The notes beneath the pieces were generated by a model. It had not been told where the DNA came from. It did no database searches and saw nothing but the letters and a program-made list of their open reading frames with translations. Of a stretch of 39,668 bases of DNA, positions 1 through 11,975 are shown piece after piece. The stretch covers positions 1-39,668 of the forward strand of contig ADNK01000871.1 of the NCBI GenBank assembly GCA_000320545.1, written 5' to 3'. Positions within the stretch are counted from its first letter, which is position 1. Each line of letters starts with the position of its first letter. The DNA comes from Bigelowiella natans CCMP2755. Its lineage: Eukaryota > Protista > Cercozoa. The position numbers and the translations under genes are program-made.

Positions 1-1026
1 TTTTCATAATTTCTCTAAATGAAACTGCTGCATTTCATATTCTCAGGGAAGGTGGAGAAGGTAATATTGTGGGTTTCTTCACCCTGAGAGAGGCTGAAGG
101 CGATATGTTTAAGGTTTAAGAAGAGCCCGAACACCAGCAACAAAGCACCAATACACATTATAATGTGAACCTTCTCTATCCCATTCATCTCCCTCTGTTA
201 TCTTTTCCAACATCAGCTTTACGTTGATCGATTCCAAATGGCTCCCTTAGAAGCCTACAAGCGCTCACTGATATGTGGATTTTTACTCGATGAGTTAGCA
301 TCAAAAAGGTTGTGTGAGTGTCAAGTTGTTGGTCATTATCATCACGATAACGAGATGGTAGTTGAAAGAAAGAAAGGACAGCATCATAAATGATTGAAGT
401 TGAACGACAGCCATTTTTTCTCTGTTGGGAATAGCAACAGCTGAGCATGTCAGTAATGTAACCAACTTGGTTTTTCATTTTAGTGAGTATGTTATCATTA
501 TTGGTGATTATCTTAAAGCTGAGTACATACTTTCTTCCTGACACTACTACTTTTGGCAGCAGAACAGTATCTGAGCTCACAGTAGATACTCATGATTGGG
601 CTGAGAAAGAAGGAGACTATGCTCTATCGAAGATCAAGCCCTTTGCAGGCTTTGCAGAGAAAAAAAATATGTGAGATAATATGTGAGAACACTTGAAAGT
701 GTAGGCAGACCAACCCTCCCTCCCTCCTACTGGCTTGTGATTTTGTGTGACTTCATATTAATGTATACACAGGAACATATACGTTACGATGAGAATGGGG
801 GAAGGTGCAAAGGAAGAAAAGGTATAGCTACAAGAACCAATATTCTATGTTGTATATGATCACCTCGATAATTCTTTTACCCCACCACTAATATATTCAT
901 CATGCTCATTCCTTCCAATTAAAATTTTCTTGGTGTAACTAGATCGAGCCGAACATTCTCCGCGGATTTTCTTTGGAGGCAGCGCAAGCACTAGTTCGGA
1001 TTAGGCTACAGCAACGATTCGCTTAG
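1..1026 (+). CDS. 3' part of a spliced gene, product unknown
   Basis: Last exons join in frame via GT-AG introns (~561-670, 773-821, 943-1026): ...TVSELTVDTHDWAEKEGDYALSKIKPFAGFAEKKNM-NIYVTMRMGEGAKEEK-IEPNILRGFSLEAAQALVRIRLQQRFA*. Upstream exons not resolved; family not recognised. Confidence 0.6.
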
Positions 1027-1164
1027 TCTGCAGCTTTCTTTCTGCACATTATTATTTTCTTTATTAATTTTGTATCAAGAAGAACCGTTACCGTTTATTA
1101 GGGGGAGGGAAATGTGGATGACCAAGCCGAAGTGATGATGAGTAATATCTCCGTCGGATACTAC

Positions 1165-2100
1165 CATGCAGTGGATGCTTCTTAGTGGCTATAGCTAGCA
1201 TGCACACATATTTACAGTCATGGCAGCACCTATCATTGCTAATAAAGCATGGCTACATGGCTATTCGCCGTTTGTTGCATCGTATCATTAAAGGCAGGCA
1301 TGTGTATGAGACGGATGTAATGAATACATTAAACTCTTTCAATTGTACGATACTAAGTGCCTGGTGTAGCAGCTATACATGCGTGAGTTGTCTAGATCGT
1401 TGCACAGCGCGCGTGCATCGTATGTCACATGTCTAGCTAGCTCTAGAGCTAGCTGCATACATACTACGCTATGCCATGACGTGGCTGCGCACATACATTG
1501 TACTATTGCTAGCCTATAGCTACGAGGCGCACACATCGCCAACTAGCAGATAAGATCACATTATAATGCACCCATAGCATGCTAGCATGCGCTGCAGCTG
1601 CGTGCGTGTGGTGCCTTATAGACCAAATAAGACTGCTAGACTGACCCGCAACAAATTGCACATCTAATAAAGCTATGATGATATAATGATGCTCTAGGCG
1701 CAGCCTGTCATGCATTATATATTATAGCATGATATGATCTGACCAGCTATGTGTGCGGCAATCTGCCGCTGCGCCCGATTGCGTATTGCTGCCCATGTCT
1801 AGATTATTATATGCTACGCAATGCTGTCGGACTCTTATACTCTAAGCATCATGCATGTGAAGCATGTGATCTAGCGAGCTGATGCTCATGCTCCGATCAA
1901 AATACGTTCTAGCATTGCACTTGCACTAAATCGTAGCAGTGTGAGAGTCGAAAATGATAAAAAATGCAGGTATCGTGCGTGTTAGTCATTATCACTGCAC
2001 GTGTTTGCATTCGAATAGTGTGTACAGTCTTAGTCACGTGCAACTAAGCTTCTACAGCGCTAATTAGCCGTCAGAGTTGTCCACATTGCACAAACTTCCA
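1165..2100. mobile_element. Degenerate repeat/TE-like island 1 (CTAG/AGCT/TGCA-rich, CC/GG-poor)
   Basis: Abrupt compositional change between two convergent gene ends. Shares the 20-mer TATGAGACGGATGTAATGAA (1305-1324) with island 2. No recognisable transposase. Confidence 0.45.
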
Positions 2101-2251
2101 GCAGATTAATTTTCTTATTTGCACACCGAGCACACGCCACCAAACAAGTCATCCGATCCAATCAGTATCTTTATCACGAGGGGGGATGGAAAGAAATTAA
2201 GGACGATAGATCGCTGGGTTCAAGTACATCAAGAAGATTTATACTCAAATC

Positions 2252-3797
2252 CTACATGGACAACGCAGTGGCTGCTTTAGTATTTTTCTGTTTTGAACCG
2301 TGGCACACACACGACTTAGTTCCATATAAGCCGAGCTGATGCAACATTGAAAGTATCTGGGAGAAGAGCAGAATTGTATTTTAGAAACATGGAGAAGTAG
2401 CTATACTTTGCGCTAAATACATTATGGACATGCAGCTCTCATAGATTATGGAATATATGTGCTCATACAAGGAGATGGCTTCAATAAGGAGTTAATGATA
2501 TTTTACCTCGCGCTGAATACCGCATGATATGAATTCGGTTGTTGTGGAAGAAAATTGGTTGACGGAGATACTGTATGCACTTGCAGTGAGGACTTGGTGG
2601 TACCTTATGTGTTGTTGTTGTTGTTGTTGTTATTATTAGAGCAGCAGTAAGTAGCAGCAACACACACGATCACAACGTAATACATATTTCATCAGAGATA
2701 CTGTAACCAAGATGTTACTACTCATTTACTTGCTTATTCCACGAATTCGTAAAAACTCTCTATCCTCTTTTAGTAGATAGTAAATTGTAAACCAGAATTT
2801 GGGAATGAATAGCATGTCGCCCTCTTGTAGCTTGAAACGTAGCGCAGCTCCTGAAACACACAGTTAGAAGAATATAAAGACAGACAGTAAAGACCCAGCA
2901 TCAAAATGCAAAATGCTGTCAAATATATTTATGTAGTTGAATCATCAAAACAATTATCTAAAGATGCTCAATTATCAATATCTTGTCCATTAAAGCTGCT
3001 GCTCCAGCCCATTTCGCTACCTGCTTTCCTTGCCAAAATGAATTTCTGTTCAAACATTTCACGATGTCTTTCTGTGTTCTTCCAATCCGTAAAAGCGTCG
3101 TAGTCACAGCACTCAGTACCACTGTCGTACTTATCATTTGGATACCTGCATAGAAGAAGAAGAAGGTGTAGATATAGGTTATATTATCAGATGAGAGTAG
3201 TAATGCCACTACTACTACTACTAGTAGTAGTAGTAGTAGTAGTAGTTGTAGCCATTTTATCGAATCAATGCTATATCATGGGAACATTATTTAATATTAT
3301 TATTATCATTATTATCATTGTGATTATTATCATCATTACAGCATGGTGTTGACTCAATCAGTCATCACTGCCCACTCCTCCTTATCATCATTACAGCATG
3401 GTGTTGACACAATGAGTCATCACTGCCCACTCCTCCCACCATCACCATCCCCATCATATGTATTATTATTTTCCCGTACTATCATCATCGTCGTCATATC
3501 CGACACCAGCATAATCACATGTTAGATTTTGAGTCTTTTTTTTCCATAATGTTGTTATCTATTACAAGTATGGCCTTGTATGGGGAGGGAACAATTTAAC
3601 TATTTTGGTCCCCTTAATTTGGCACAATACGTTGTCTTCGTCATCGTTATGCAATCCGGTCATAGATCTAGTTGTCAAATGGAAGAAGAGTGACACATAT
3701 ACCACAGTTTTTGAAGGAGAGGAAAGTTTTTAGCTACAAGTATCTGTTGTATATGTTTGACAAAAAAGTATTTGGGTGGTTATTATTAGTATTATGG

Positions 3798-3837
<40 letters not shown>

Positions 3838-5338
3838 TATACATATATAATAGTAGCATCCACTACTACCCCTTTGGTCCTATCCATAAATATCGAGAAC
3901 CAAATCGGCCAGCAGAGCCGAATATAGAGGAAGCAGCAGTAGACGTATTGCTCTCAATCCCACCACCACCAGCAGCAGCAGCAGCAGCAGCAGCCTGAAA
4001 TGATTTACGAGCATTTTCACTGATCTTCATATACGTGTGTACTTGATAAGAAACCTTCTGAGGTATGAATGTATGCACACACACGGAATTATGTATGATT
4101 TACCCCGCCAACGTCACTCTGGAGAGAAAACGGAAGCTTATGGACGTCTAGCTGCTTTAAATATCCTATATTTCCTGCAATAGTAGTAGTAGTAATATTG
4201 TTGTTGTTGTTGTTGTTGTTGTTGCACTGCGCAGCGGTAGCAATAACGAGCCCTAGTCGAAGAAGTGTTAAAAGGTATGACAAATAAATCTGGCAATTTC
4301 TTTCTCAAGAACAACCACAACTTAGAATATTACATCCTGTGATATCTCCAATGTGTTTTGCTGTGTTTATGAATACAAGAGTTGGAATAGAAGGAGACTA
4401 CTCATGTAACTCACTTAGTTTTTGAGCTGCCGTTATTTCTTTACCCTCCTCCTCCTCTTCCCCCTTCTCCCGTGCTAGCTGCTGTAGATATCCAGCGAGT
4501 GTCGTACTACGCTTATAGATGGTACCGATGTCCCCTCCTCAAAATATGCATATGATGATGACCGAATAATTCATCCGTTTATTTTCTCAGTTCAAAATGA
4601 TCATAACTTGCCCAATTTCTACACAGTTAGTAGATACCTTCTCCTCTTTGCCTCTCTTGCTCCTCATTTGTTGTCATTGCGACTTCTACATGCACTTCCT
4701 TGCCCATTTTTATCAAATATTCTAAACTCCATTTCCGTATAGCCTAGGTTGATATGATCATGATGAGTTTCTCTATGACTATAGAAGGACCCATCATCCA
4801 CAGCTATAAAATGACCTATAGTATGAGTATATATGGTGGTGCTTAATCTGGTGCTACTCACCGGCCACTTAGCGACATAATCCGTAACGCAAACAGGTCT
4901 GGATTTGTCTATGTACTTTCGCCTAAATTCATCTGCCCCAACCCATCTTCGGCGCTCTCCCTCAACATCAGCTTCTGGAAAGAGTAGCGACGACTTGCAG
5001 GTGGTGGTGGTGGTGGTGGTGGTGGTGGTGGTGGTGGTGGTGGTGGCGGAGGGATTGGTTTGGATGGTAGGGAGATTATTCGAGAACATCGATTGATCAT
5101 GGAGGGTACGATTATTATCGAGGTGTGAAGAACACTCTTTCACTTCCTTCTGACTGCTTCCAGCTTTGCTAGTGGCGACATTGGTGCTATGAACGACCTG
5201 GTGACGATGATGAAATTTTCCTATAGCAGCTGAATCAACTGATGGATTAAAGATTCCTTGATAGTAACGAAGCAGTGTGCTCTTAATACGATGCAAGAGT
5301 AGCCAAAACCACCATATGAATTCGAGGCCCTTCTCCAT
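2252..5338 (-). CDS. JmjC/cupin-like 2-oxoglutarate Fe(II) dioxygenase (JMJD5/HSPBAP1/FIH-like), multi-exon
   Basis: Spliced exons give EFRRKYIDKSRPVCVTDYVAKWP-AIRKWSLEYL, GYLKQLD, YLWIGPKG-SMTGLHNDDEDNVLCQIKGTKIVKLFP (HxD motif), LQEGDMLFIPKFW-YHQV (distal His) and SISVN. Last exon 2356-2252 is ILSMLHQLGLYGTKSCVCH...*. Start codon 5338 is tentative. Confidence 0.88.
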
Positions 5339-5530
5339 GCCTGGTGCGGAGCAGCAAAGCGGGCAGAATCTGTTGCGTGAACGTATGACGGTCTTATATT
5401 ATCACCAGTCGTTGCACAGGATAGGAAGCTACTTCTAAACAGCACCACCACCAGCAGCAGCAGCAGCAGCAGCAGCAGGGGGTTGGGGTAACAAGTCGAT
5501 CCTGTAGCGAGCAGTCACGTCGTCGTGTCT

Positions 5531-6080
5531 GAGTAGATAGATAAATAGGAAAAAATGATTGGTAATTTATTCAATGTTGTAAGCTTGTTCTTAGTAGATA
5601 GATAAATAGGAAAAAATGATTGGTAATTTATTCAATGTTGTAAGCTTGTTCTTAGTAGATAGATAAATAGGAAAAAATGATTGGTAATTTATTCGATGTT
5701 GTAAGCTTGTTCTTAGTAGATAGATAAATAGGAAAAAATGATTGGTAATTTATTCGATGTTGTAAGCTTGTTCTTAGTAGATTGATAAATAGGGAAGTCA
5801 AGGGCGCGAAAAGAATAACTAACTAACTAACTAACTAGGGAAAAAATGATTGGTAATTTATTGAATGTTGTCAGCTTGTGCTGATGATGCCGCTTGCTGT
5901 TGTTTTGCCATACAATTTTTGACTTTCGCAATGTCCGTTATAAGACAACATCCACTATGAAAATCACTTCGGTGTAACAACATAGCTGGGAAGTCAAGGG
6001 CGCGAACAGAATAACTAACTAACTAACTAACTAACTGTTGAATAAATATAGCTGGGCAGTCAAGGATGCGAATAGAATAA
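5531..6080. repeat. 61-bp minisatellite (4 copies plus partials) followed by 3 copies of GGGAAGTCAAGGGCGCGAA-AGAATAA(CTAA)n
   Basis: Unit TAGTAGATAGATAAATAGGAAAAAATGATTGGTAATTTATTC(A/G)ATGTTGTAAGCTTGTTCT repeats directly over ~5531-5790. Second motif at ~5792, ~5988 and ~6054. Confidence 0.95.
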
Positions 6081-6473
6081 ACTTAAAATAGCCCACAAAC
6101 TATCCAACTGCTTGCAAATTGATGATGACTATAATGCAGTTGTGGGAAAGTGGTAGTTGTGGTAGTTTATACCAACTTTTTGACCACAGATTACCATATC
6201 ATCGATCGACGGACAGTGGAACAAATGCAACAACTTCTTCTCAGGACAAAAACAACAGCAGCTTTAGGAGGAGGATGCTGTGCAACTTATTATCTGTAAT
6301 TCCGAAGTTACGACAAGGTAAAAAAGAAATAAATAAGCTAAAATGAAGGAGAAAAATATCGGTCTTAACACAAAATATCTCGGATAATAAGCTGCTTAGC
6401 TCGGAACACCCACCACCATCACCCCCCACTAAATCATTGTTTTCTGAAGAGAGGATATAAACCAATCAACAGA

Positions 6474-7159
6474 ATGCGTCTTGTTACATTCGCATTAAAA
6501 TCAAAGCCAAACAACCTCCTAATTGGCGTGGAGCTCCCGGAGGCGAAATCAGTAAAAATTTGGGGTTTGGGAATGGAAGGGAAGGCAGATTTCTGGGATA
6601 ATCAGACTATGGCCGTAACGATCTCTGAGTTATGATATTGTATATTATTATTTTTATTATCAGTTCGTAGACCTCATCTCTGAGTTATGATATTGTATAT
6701 TATTTTTATTATCAGTTCGTAGACCTCACCGAAGCTCTAGGTAACCAGAAAGAGGATAGCCTTCTCACCACCCCTCCACTGCATCGATGATCATGTTGGT
6801 AATCTCTCAGGTGTCTCCTCTATGTGTTCGTTCTTGGCAACTGGGGAGGGCGGTCTCAAGTAAAACTCCCAGATTTTCCAAAAATATCCTGCTGATGTTG
6901 TTAAATCTTCCGATGAAATTCTTCACACTCTACTAGGAAAGCAGCCGAGGTAGTTGAGAGTGGCAAGAACCGTATTCTGATTGATGACTGTATTCGCAAG
7001 GTAATATCGATTATCTCTAACGCTCCTACTTTGAGTAATAGCGAGCTAGTTAATTACTATGATAAGCAGCTCTTCTGCACTTAATATAGGCACCAGTGTC
7101 ATATCCACGAAAGATCATCTGCATTGGTCTCAATTACATTGATCACTGCAAGGAAACCG

Positions 7160-7208
<49 letters not shown>

Positions 7209-8990
7209 CAGAAGATTATGAGAACAATAGCCAATACGTTGCTATCTCGCGCCTCACTGCAGTTGGTAGTCGTAGTCTATCTATGATTTCACACTTCTAA
7301 ACTAACTACTACTCCTAAGGCAATGCTCTTTGTTTGATGTATGCCACGAAAGGCCTTCCAATCCCGAAAGAACCCGTTGTGTTTAATAAGTTCCCTGAGT
7401 GCGTAGCTGGGGATGGCGATGACATTCCTCTCTATGAGACCAAGGTGATGTTCAGATGCACAATCCGCTGGGAGATAAACATGAGCATGAATATGATCTC
7501 AAAATGAGATTAGTGAAATTAGGCTAATCGTTACTGCCAAGATGATAGTGGTCAATGAGGCCTTGAAATCGATGATAACGAAATATTGTGTTGTTCCGAG
7601 TAGAAGCTCGACTGGGAGGTGGAGCTCGTGATTGTTATCGGTTTGTTCGTTGCCCTACTACAACTACTACTACAACTACTTTAATTATGCTACCTGCAGA
7701 AAACTGGTGTTTCTCATTCCTTTCTATCTCTCTCTCCTCTCTCTCTCCCCCCCCTTCTTTCTCCAATCCGTTACTTCAAATCTTGACCCAGGAAAAGGAG
7801 GGTTTCGAGTTAAGAAAGAAGATGCAAAGCATGTCATCGCAGGGTCACGTCCATTCATCCATATTACTTTTTCCAACGTGTTTAATTTTTATAGTTGGTG
7901 TAGTAGCTAGCAGTAGTAAATGAGTGAATAATGTGTTTACTACACTACTACTACTACTACTGCTACTACTACTACTACTAGAAATAGGAATGATAAGGGT
8001 GGGTTGTAGTGGTAGTACCGTGCACATTAGAGTACAGAGGCATTAAATCCTGAGCTAGTAACTTCTACTAACAGGTATACTGTGGCCCATGACGTATCAG
8101 CAAGGGACCTGCAGATGGCCAATGGTGGTCAATGGTTGCTGGGGAAAACTCTAAAAGGGTGATACAATCATATGCAGAGCATTTCATGAATTGAGGTTAT
8201 ATCTGGTGGGAGACTTTTATGAAGCTATTTGTTTTATTTTGTGAAGGCGAGGACCATAATAGAATGTTTAAACTAATCAGCTATGCTCCCATCGGGCCGG
8301 CCATCGTCACAGATCTCGAAAATCCGCACAAGCTAGGAATTCGCACCTTTGTCAATGGAAAAGTAATCAATAGTTAGTAATTGTTGAATCACAGGGCATC
8401 AACTGGCCTTTTATCCAAGTAGAATTTCGAATTTGTCATCGATGTCTATTTTGAGCAACCAATCGTTATTATTATTAATGATGGGTAAAGCGACACATTA
8501 TCATACAAAATAAATACTCAGAAAATGCAAGATTCAAACACGGATCAGCTCGTATTCGATACCTACGATCTTGTCGAGTATCTCACGAGGTACTACATAC
8601 ATACATACATACATACATACGTACATACATACAGATGATGCGATCAGAGAGAAATGAAATCCTGTAACATTCAGGGAGAATGTCAATATGATGTGCATGA
8701 GGCTGCTTTCATGTGCAGGGTTCACGGTGTGCTATGGTTTCATACAAGCCATCATTTATAATTATTATTTGCAGTGATTTTGCCCCACCGAAGAACAAAT
8801 TTCTTTGTTGGTATGCAGTGTACATGTCTTATTTTTCAAAATTTGTCAGATATTTCCCCCTCAGTCCTGGTGATTTAATCTTTACGGGAACCCCCCCAGG
8901 TGGTTACTAGTACATATATTACGAATGTTGGCACATCATCTCTCTGCCCGGTTGTGTAAGTTTGTGGCTTATTTCGGTTGCTTGTTTTTA

Positions 8991-9033
<43 letters not shown>

Positions 9034-9223
9034 ATTATAATCCAGGAGATTTTCGTATTTGTGCCATTAATTTCTCTCGTGTATGATATGATTACTTACA
9101 ATGTTGTACACAGGCGTAGGATTAGGACTTAAGCCTCCACAGTATCTCAAGGATGGTGACGTGGTCAAAGTCGAAATAGACGGAATAGGCTCCATCACCA
9201 ACACCGTTAAGGAATTAAAGTGA
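6474..9223 (+). CDS. FAHD2: Fumarylacetoacetate hydrolase family protein (FAHD2-like), about 13 exons
   Basis: Spliced: MRLVTFA...-FVDLTEAL...[37 protein letters not shown]...[13 protein letters not shown]...[13 protein letters not shown]...GQWLLGKT...[10 protein letters not shown]...[10 protein letters not shown]...[45 protein letters not shown]...*. A short upstream targeting exon (~6275-6317) is possible. Confidence 0.93.
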
Positions 9224-9419
9224 GCTAATAATCTGATTAAACAAGGTGACAGATATACAGTAAGCTTGATAACTGGAGGTGTTTTATGATATACGTGTTT
9301 CAAATTGGTGAATGACTGAATTATGAGCTTTTGAGCGAATAATTGCGTCTCTTTGAATACAAGAGAAATGGGCATAGATTCTTTGTTACCAATCTAAAAA
9401 TGCCGATGTGAAGTTTGCT

Positions 9420-9737
9420 CATTAGAATGCACTTTGAGACTGCTGTGCAGTAGAAAAAGAGTTTAGTGTAATAATGCATATTCGTTCCAACGTGAAATAG
9501 TGCTGGTATATGACAATGACAGCGCTAGCGCTGCCGTCGCAATAATACACAAAGTGCCGCATTATTACAATAGTTATTATTGAGTCGCATCGCATACGTA
9601 CTATCATTTATTATATGTAGACATGCTATATGTTATACATATAAAATATGTATCATATTGCTGTGTCCATTATATTTGGCGCAAGCCATCCTCTAGCACA
9701 GCTTTCTATTCTCACAAATAAACACAATAGACATACG

Positions 9738-9793
<56 letters not shown>

Positions 9794-10380
9794 ACAGATG
9801 CAATTTAAGCGCTGTAGCCGCTGCATTGCACAGCTACATTAGGATGACCATTGAAAAAATTTAAATATTTCATTACATCCGTCTCATATATATAACATTG
9901 GTCGCATGAGGACGCTTTCAAATGCATGAAGCACGTGGTGGCAGAAACCAACAGATGCAACATTACTAGATTAGCGCTGTAGCCGCTGCATTGCACAGCT
10001 ACATCAGGATGACCATTGAAAAAATTTAATTCTTCATTACATCCGTCTCATATATAATATATATAATATATACTGTGTCTATAGTAAAACAGTGCAGGCA
10101 TGTATGGTAGCGTGCTATCAGGCTAACACATCTCGACATATTACATCTGGCTCTAGTGCTGTCCGATGGTTGGTTCGATTTATGGCTGTACTAATGCGTG
10201 CGCTTTCTGCTGAGCAAGTGCTGTGTGGCGCGTACATGCTGCTATCCAGCTATGGCCGTGCGTGCGATTTTACATTTTTATCTACTAGAACAACTTTTAG
10301 ACTTGTGATACAGTATACAGCGTACATACATAAGCAAAACTAACATTATATGTATATAATTGTATGTTAAAGATTTTAAG
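9420..10380. mobile_element. Degenerate repeat/TE-like island 2 with an internal ~100-bp direct repeat and short TIR-like motifs
   Basis: Direct repeat at ~9790-9890 and ~9950-10055. CTGTGTCCATT at 9661 and AATAGACATAC at 9726 form an imperfect inverted pair. Motifs shared with islands 1 and 3. Confidence 0.5.
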
Positions 10381-10395
10381 GTGTGATTAAAGTTT

Positions 10396-11396
10396 CTACG
10401 ACGTGACGGTTCCAGGAGCGGGTGTATCAGCAACGGCAGCTTCGTCGCTTAGCTTCCTTCCTGCTTCTTCTTCTCGCTGTCCACTTGTTGTACTTTGTCC
10501 AATTATTGTACTTTGTCCACTGATTGAATTCTGGCGTTGTTGCTCCTGATATTCGGCTACATATCGTAGCATATCAAGCATATCCCTAAAGTTTGTAAAT
10601 CATCACACATAAGTGAGTTCCTTCAATCAAAGGCCAAGTAATGATTAAATAGTCCTTACCTGTTTTGGTAGCCACTGTAGTACGTTGCAGGTAGGTGATG
10701 GGGGTTGTTCAGATGCTGTTGTTGCTGCCTCCTTTTGGCTTCTTCTGCCAGGCTTAGCATTTGATGAGCAGCTGGAGGCCCCACGTACCCACCTCCTGCA
10801 GAGTAAGGAAGAGAGCGTGCAGCTCCTTGCTGGAGTGGTAACTTTTCAAGTGCCTCGTTTATCTTTTCATATCCACTACCAACCTTCCACATACTCGCGC
10901 AGAAAATGATGGTCATCATGGTTACCAACACAATTGTGCAACCTACCATCACTGAAGTATCAAACATCTTCAGTCAGTAAATTTGAACTAATAAACCTCC
11001 GGCATATTAGGTGCATTAAAAATTCTAATTTTCCATGCCCTTTACCCATGTGTACATAACAACAGACACTAAAATCAAAAAAAGGTAGTTAGAACCATAT
11101 TCAAAAGGGCGCTCTGGGTCAGCAGGGGCAGTCCTGCCTTCTTTATTGATGGGGGGAGCATGGTCTTCCGCCTTCGGTCCCATGTCGCACTGCTGAAGGG
11201 AAGGACATGAACATGAACCCACATCTGTTTGCTCCTGCATCTTTCCACCGTTTGGAAGCATACAACAGTTCCCCGTAGCAGAATCGAAAGAATCCCAATT
11301 TTCATTACACATTCGACCAGCGCAGCAATCGTAGGCAGCTGCCGGAACCGTGCAAATGCCCACTAGCAAGACGAACAGCAAGTGGAGTTGTCGCAT
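10396..11396 (-). CDS. Orphan membrane protein: signal peptide, Cys-rich ectodomain, two predicted TM helices, low-complexity tail (3 exons)
   Basis: Three listed ORFs join in frame through GT-AG introns: exons 11396-11046, 10967-10660 and 10585-10396. Leader MRQLHLLFVLLVGICTVPAAA; hydrophobic segments YLFLILVSVVMYTW and VMVGCTIVLVTMMTIIFCASMW. Confidence 0.8.
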
Positions 11397-11975
11397 AGCT
11401 TGTAATTTAAATATCCTCTTTCAAGATGATTCAATTTTGCTGCGCCTCACGCAAAAGCCCTGCGAGTAGGCGAAGGGAAACGGGGGAAGGGGATCGAAGT
11501 TCGGGCGGTTTGGTGGAGGTTCGTCGCTTTGTGATTTCTTCCAGATTTCAATATGGATAACATGACATGAATTTCAGCTCTATAGTGTTGATATACAAGA
11601 ATTCAATATGACGTAGATAAAAAATAGAATCCTTTTAACAATAATTATTGTTACTTCAGAACTATTTCTATTTTAAATATGCCGTGATCTCGTACTTTTT
11701 CTACATCAACACTAAGCGCAGAGGAACCATTATTGACGACAACGACGAATGTCGATTCTTTGTGTTTTTTCATGTGATGGCTGCTGCCGAGAAGGCAATA
11801 TTATGTTGGAAACAGCAGGAGCATTACACATGACGACATGCTAAAACACCTAGTTTCCATTACAATTTCGGAGAATTTTTTTATGAGTTCGATCATCATA
11901 ACATCAGGTACGATCCAGCACATTTCGCAACTCCTCTCCCGCTCCCACACCTGCTGCCGCTGCTGATTTACTGCA

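Noticed and set aside
5531-5880. CRISPR-like appearance of regularly spaced repeats (also 36197-36520)
   Set aside because: Units are contiguous with no unique spacers, there are no cas genes and the context is eukaryotic: minisatellites.
10396-11396. Three tandem same-strand ORFs suggesting an operon, readthrough or frameshifting
   Set aside because: They join in frame through two canonical GT-AG introns.
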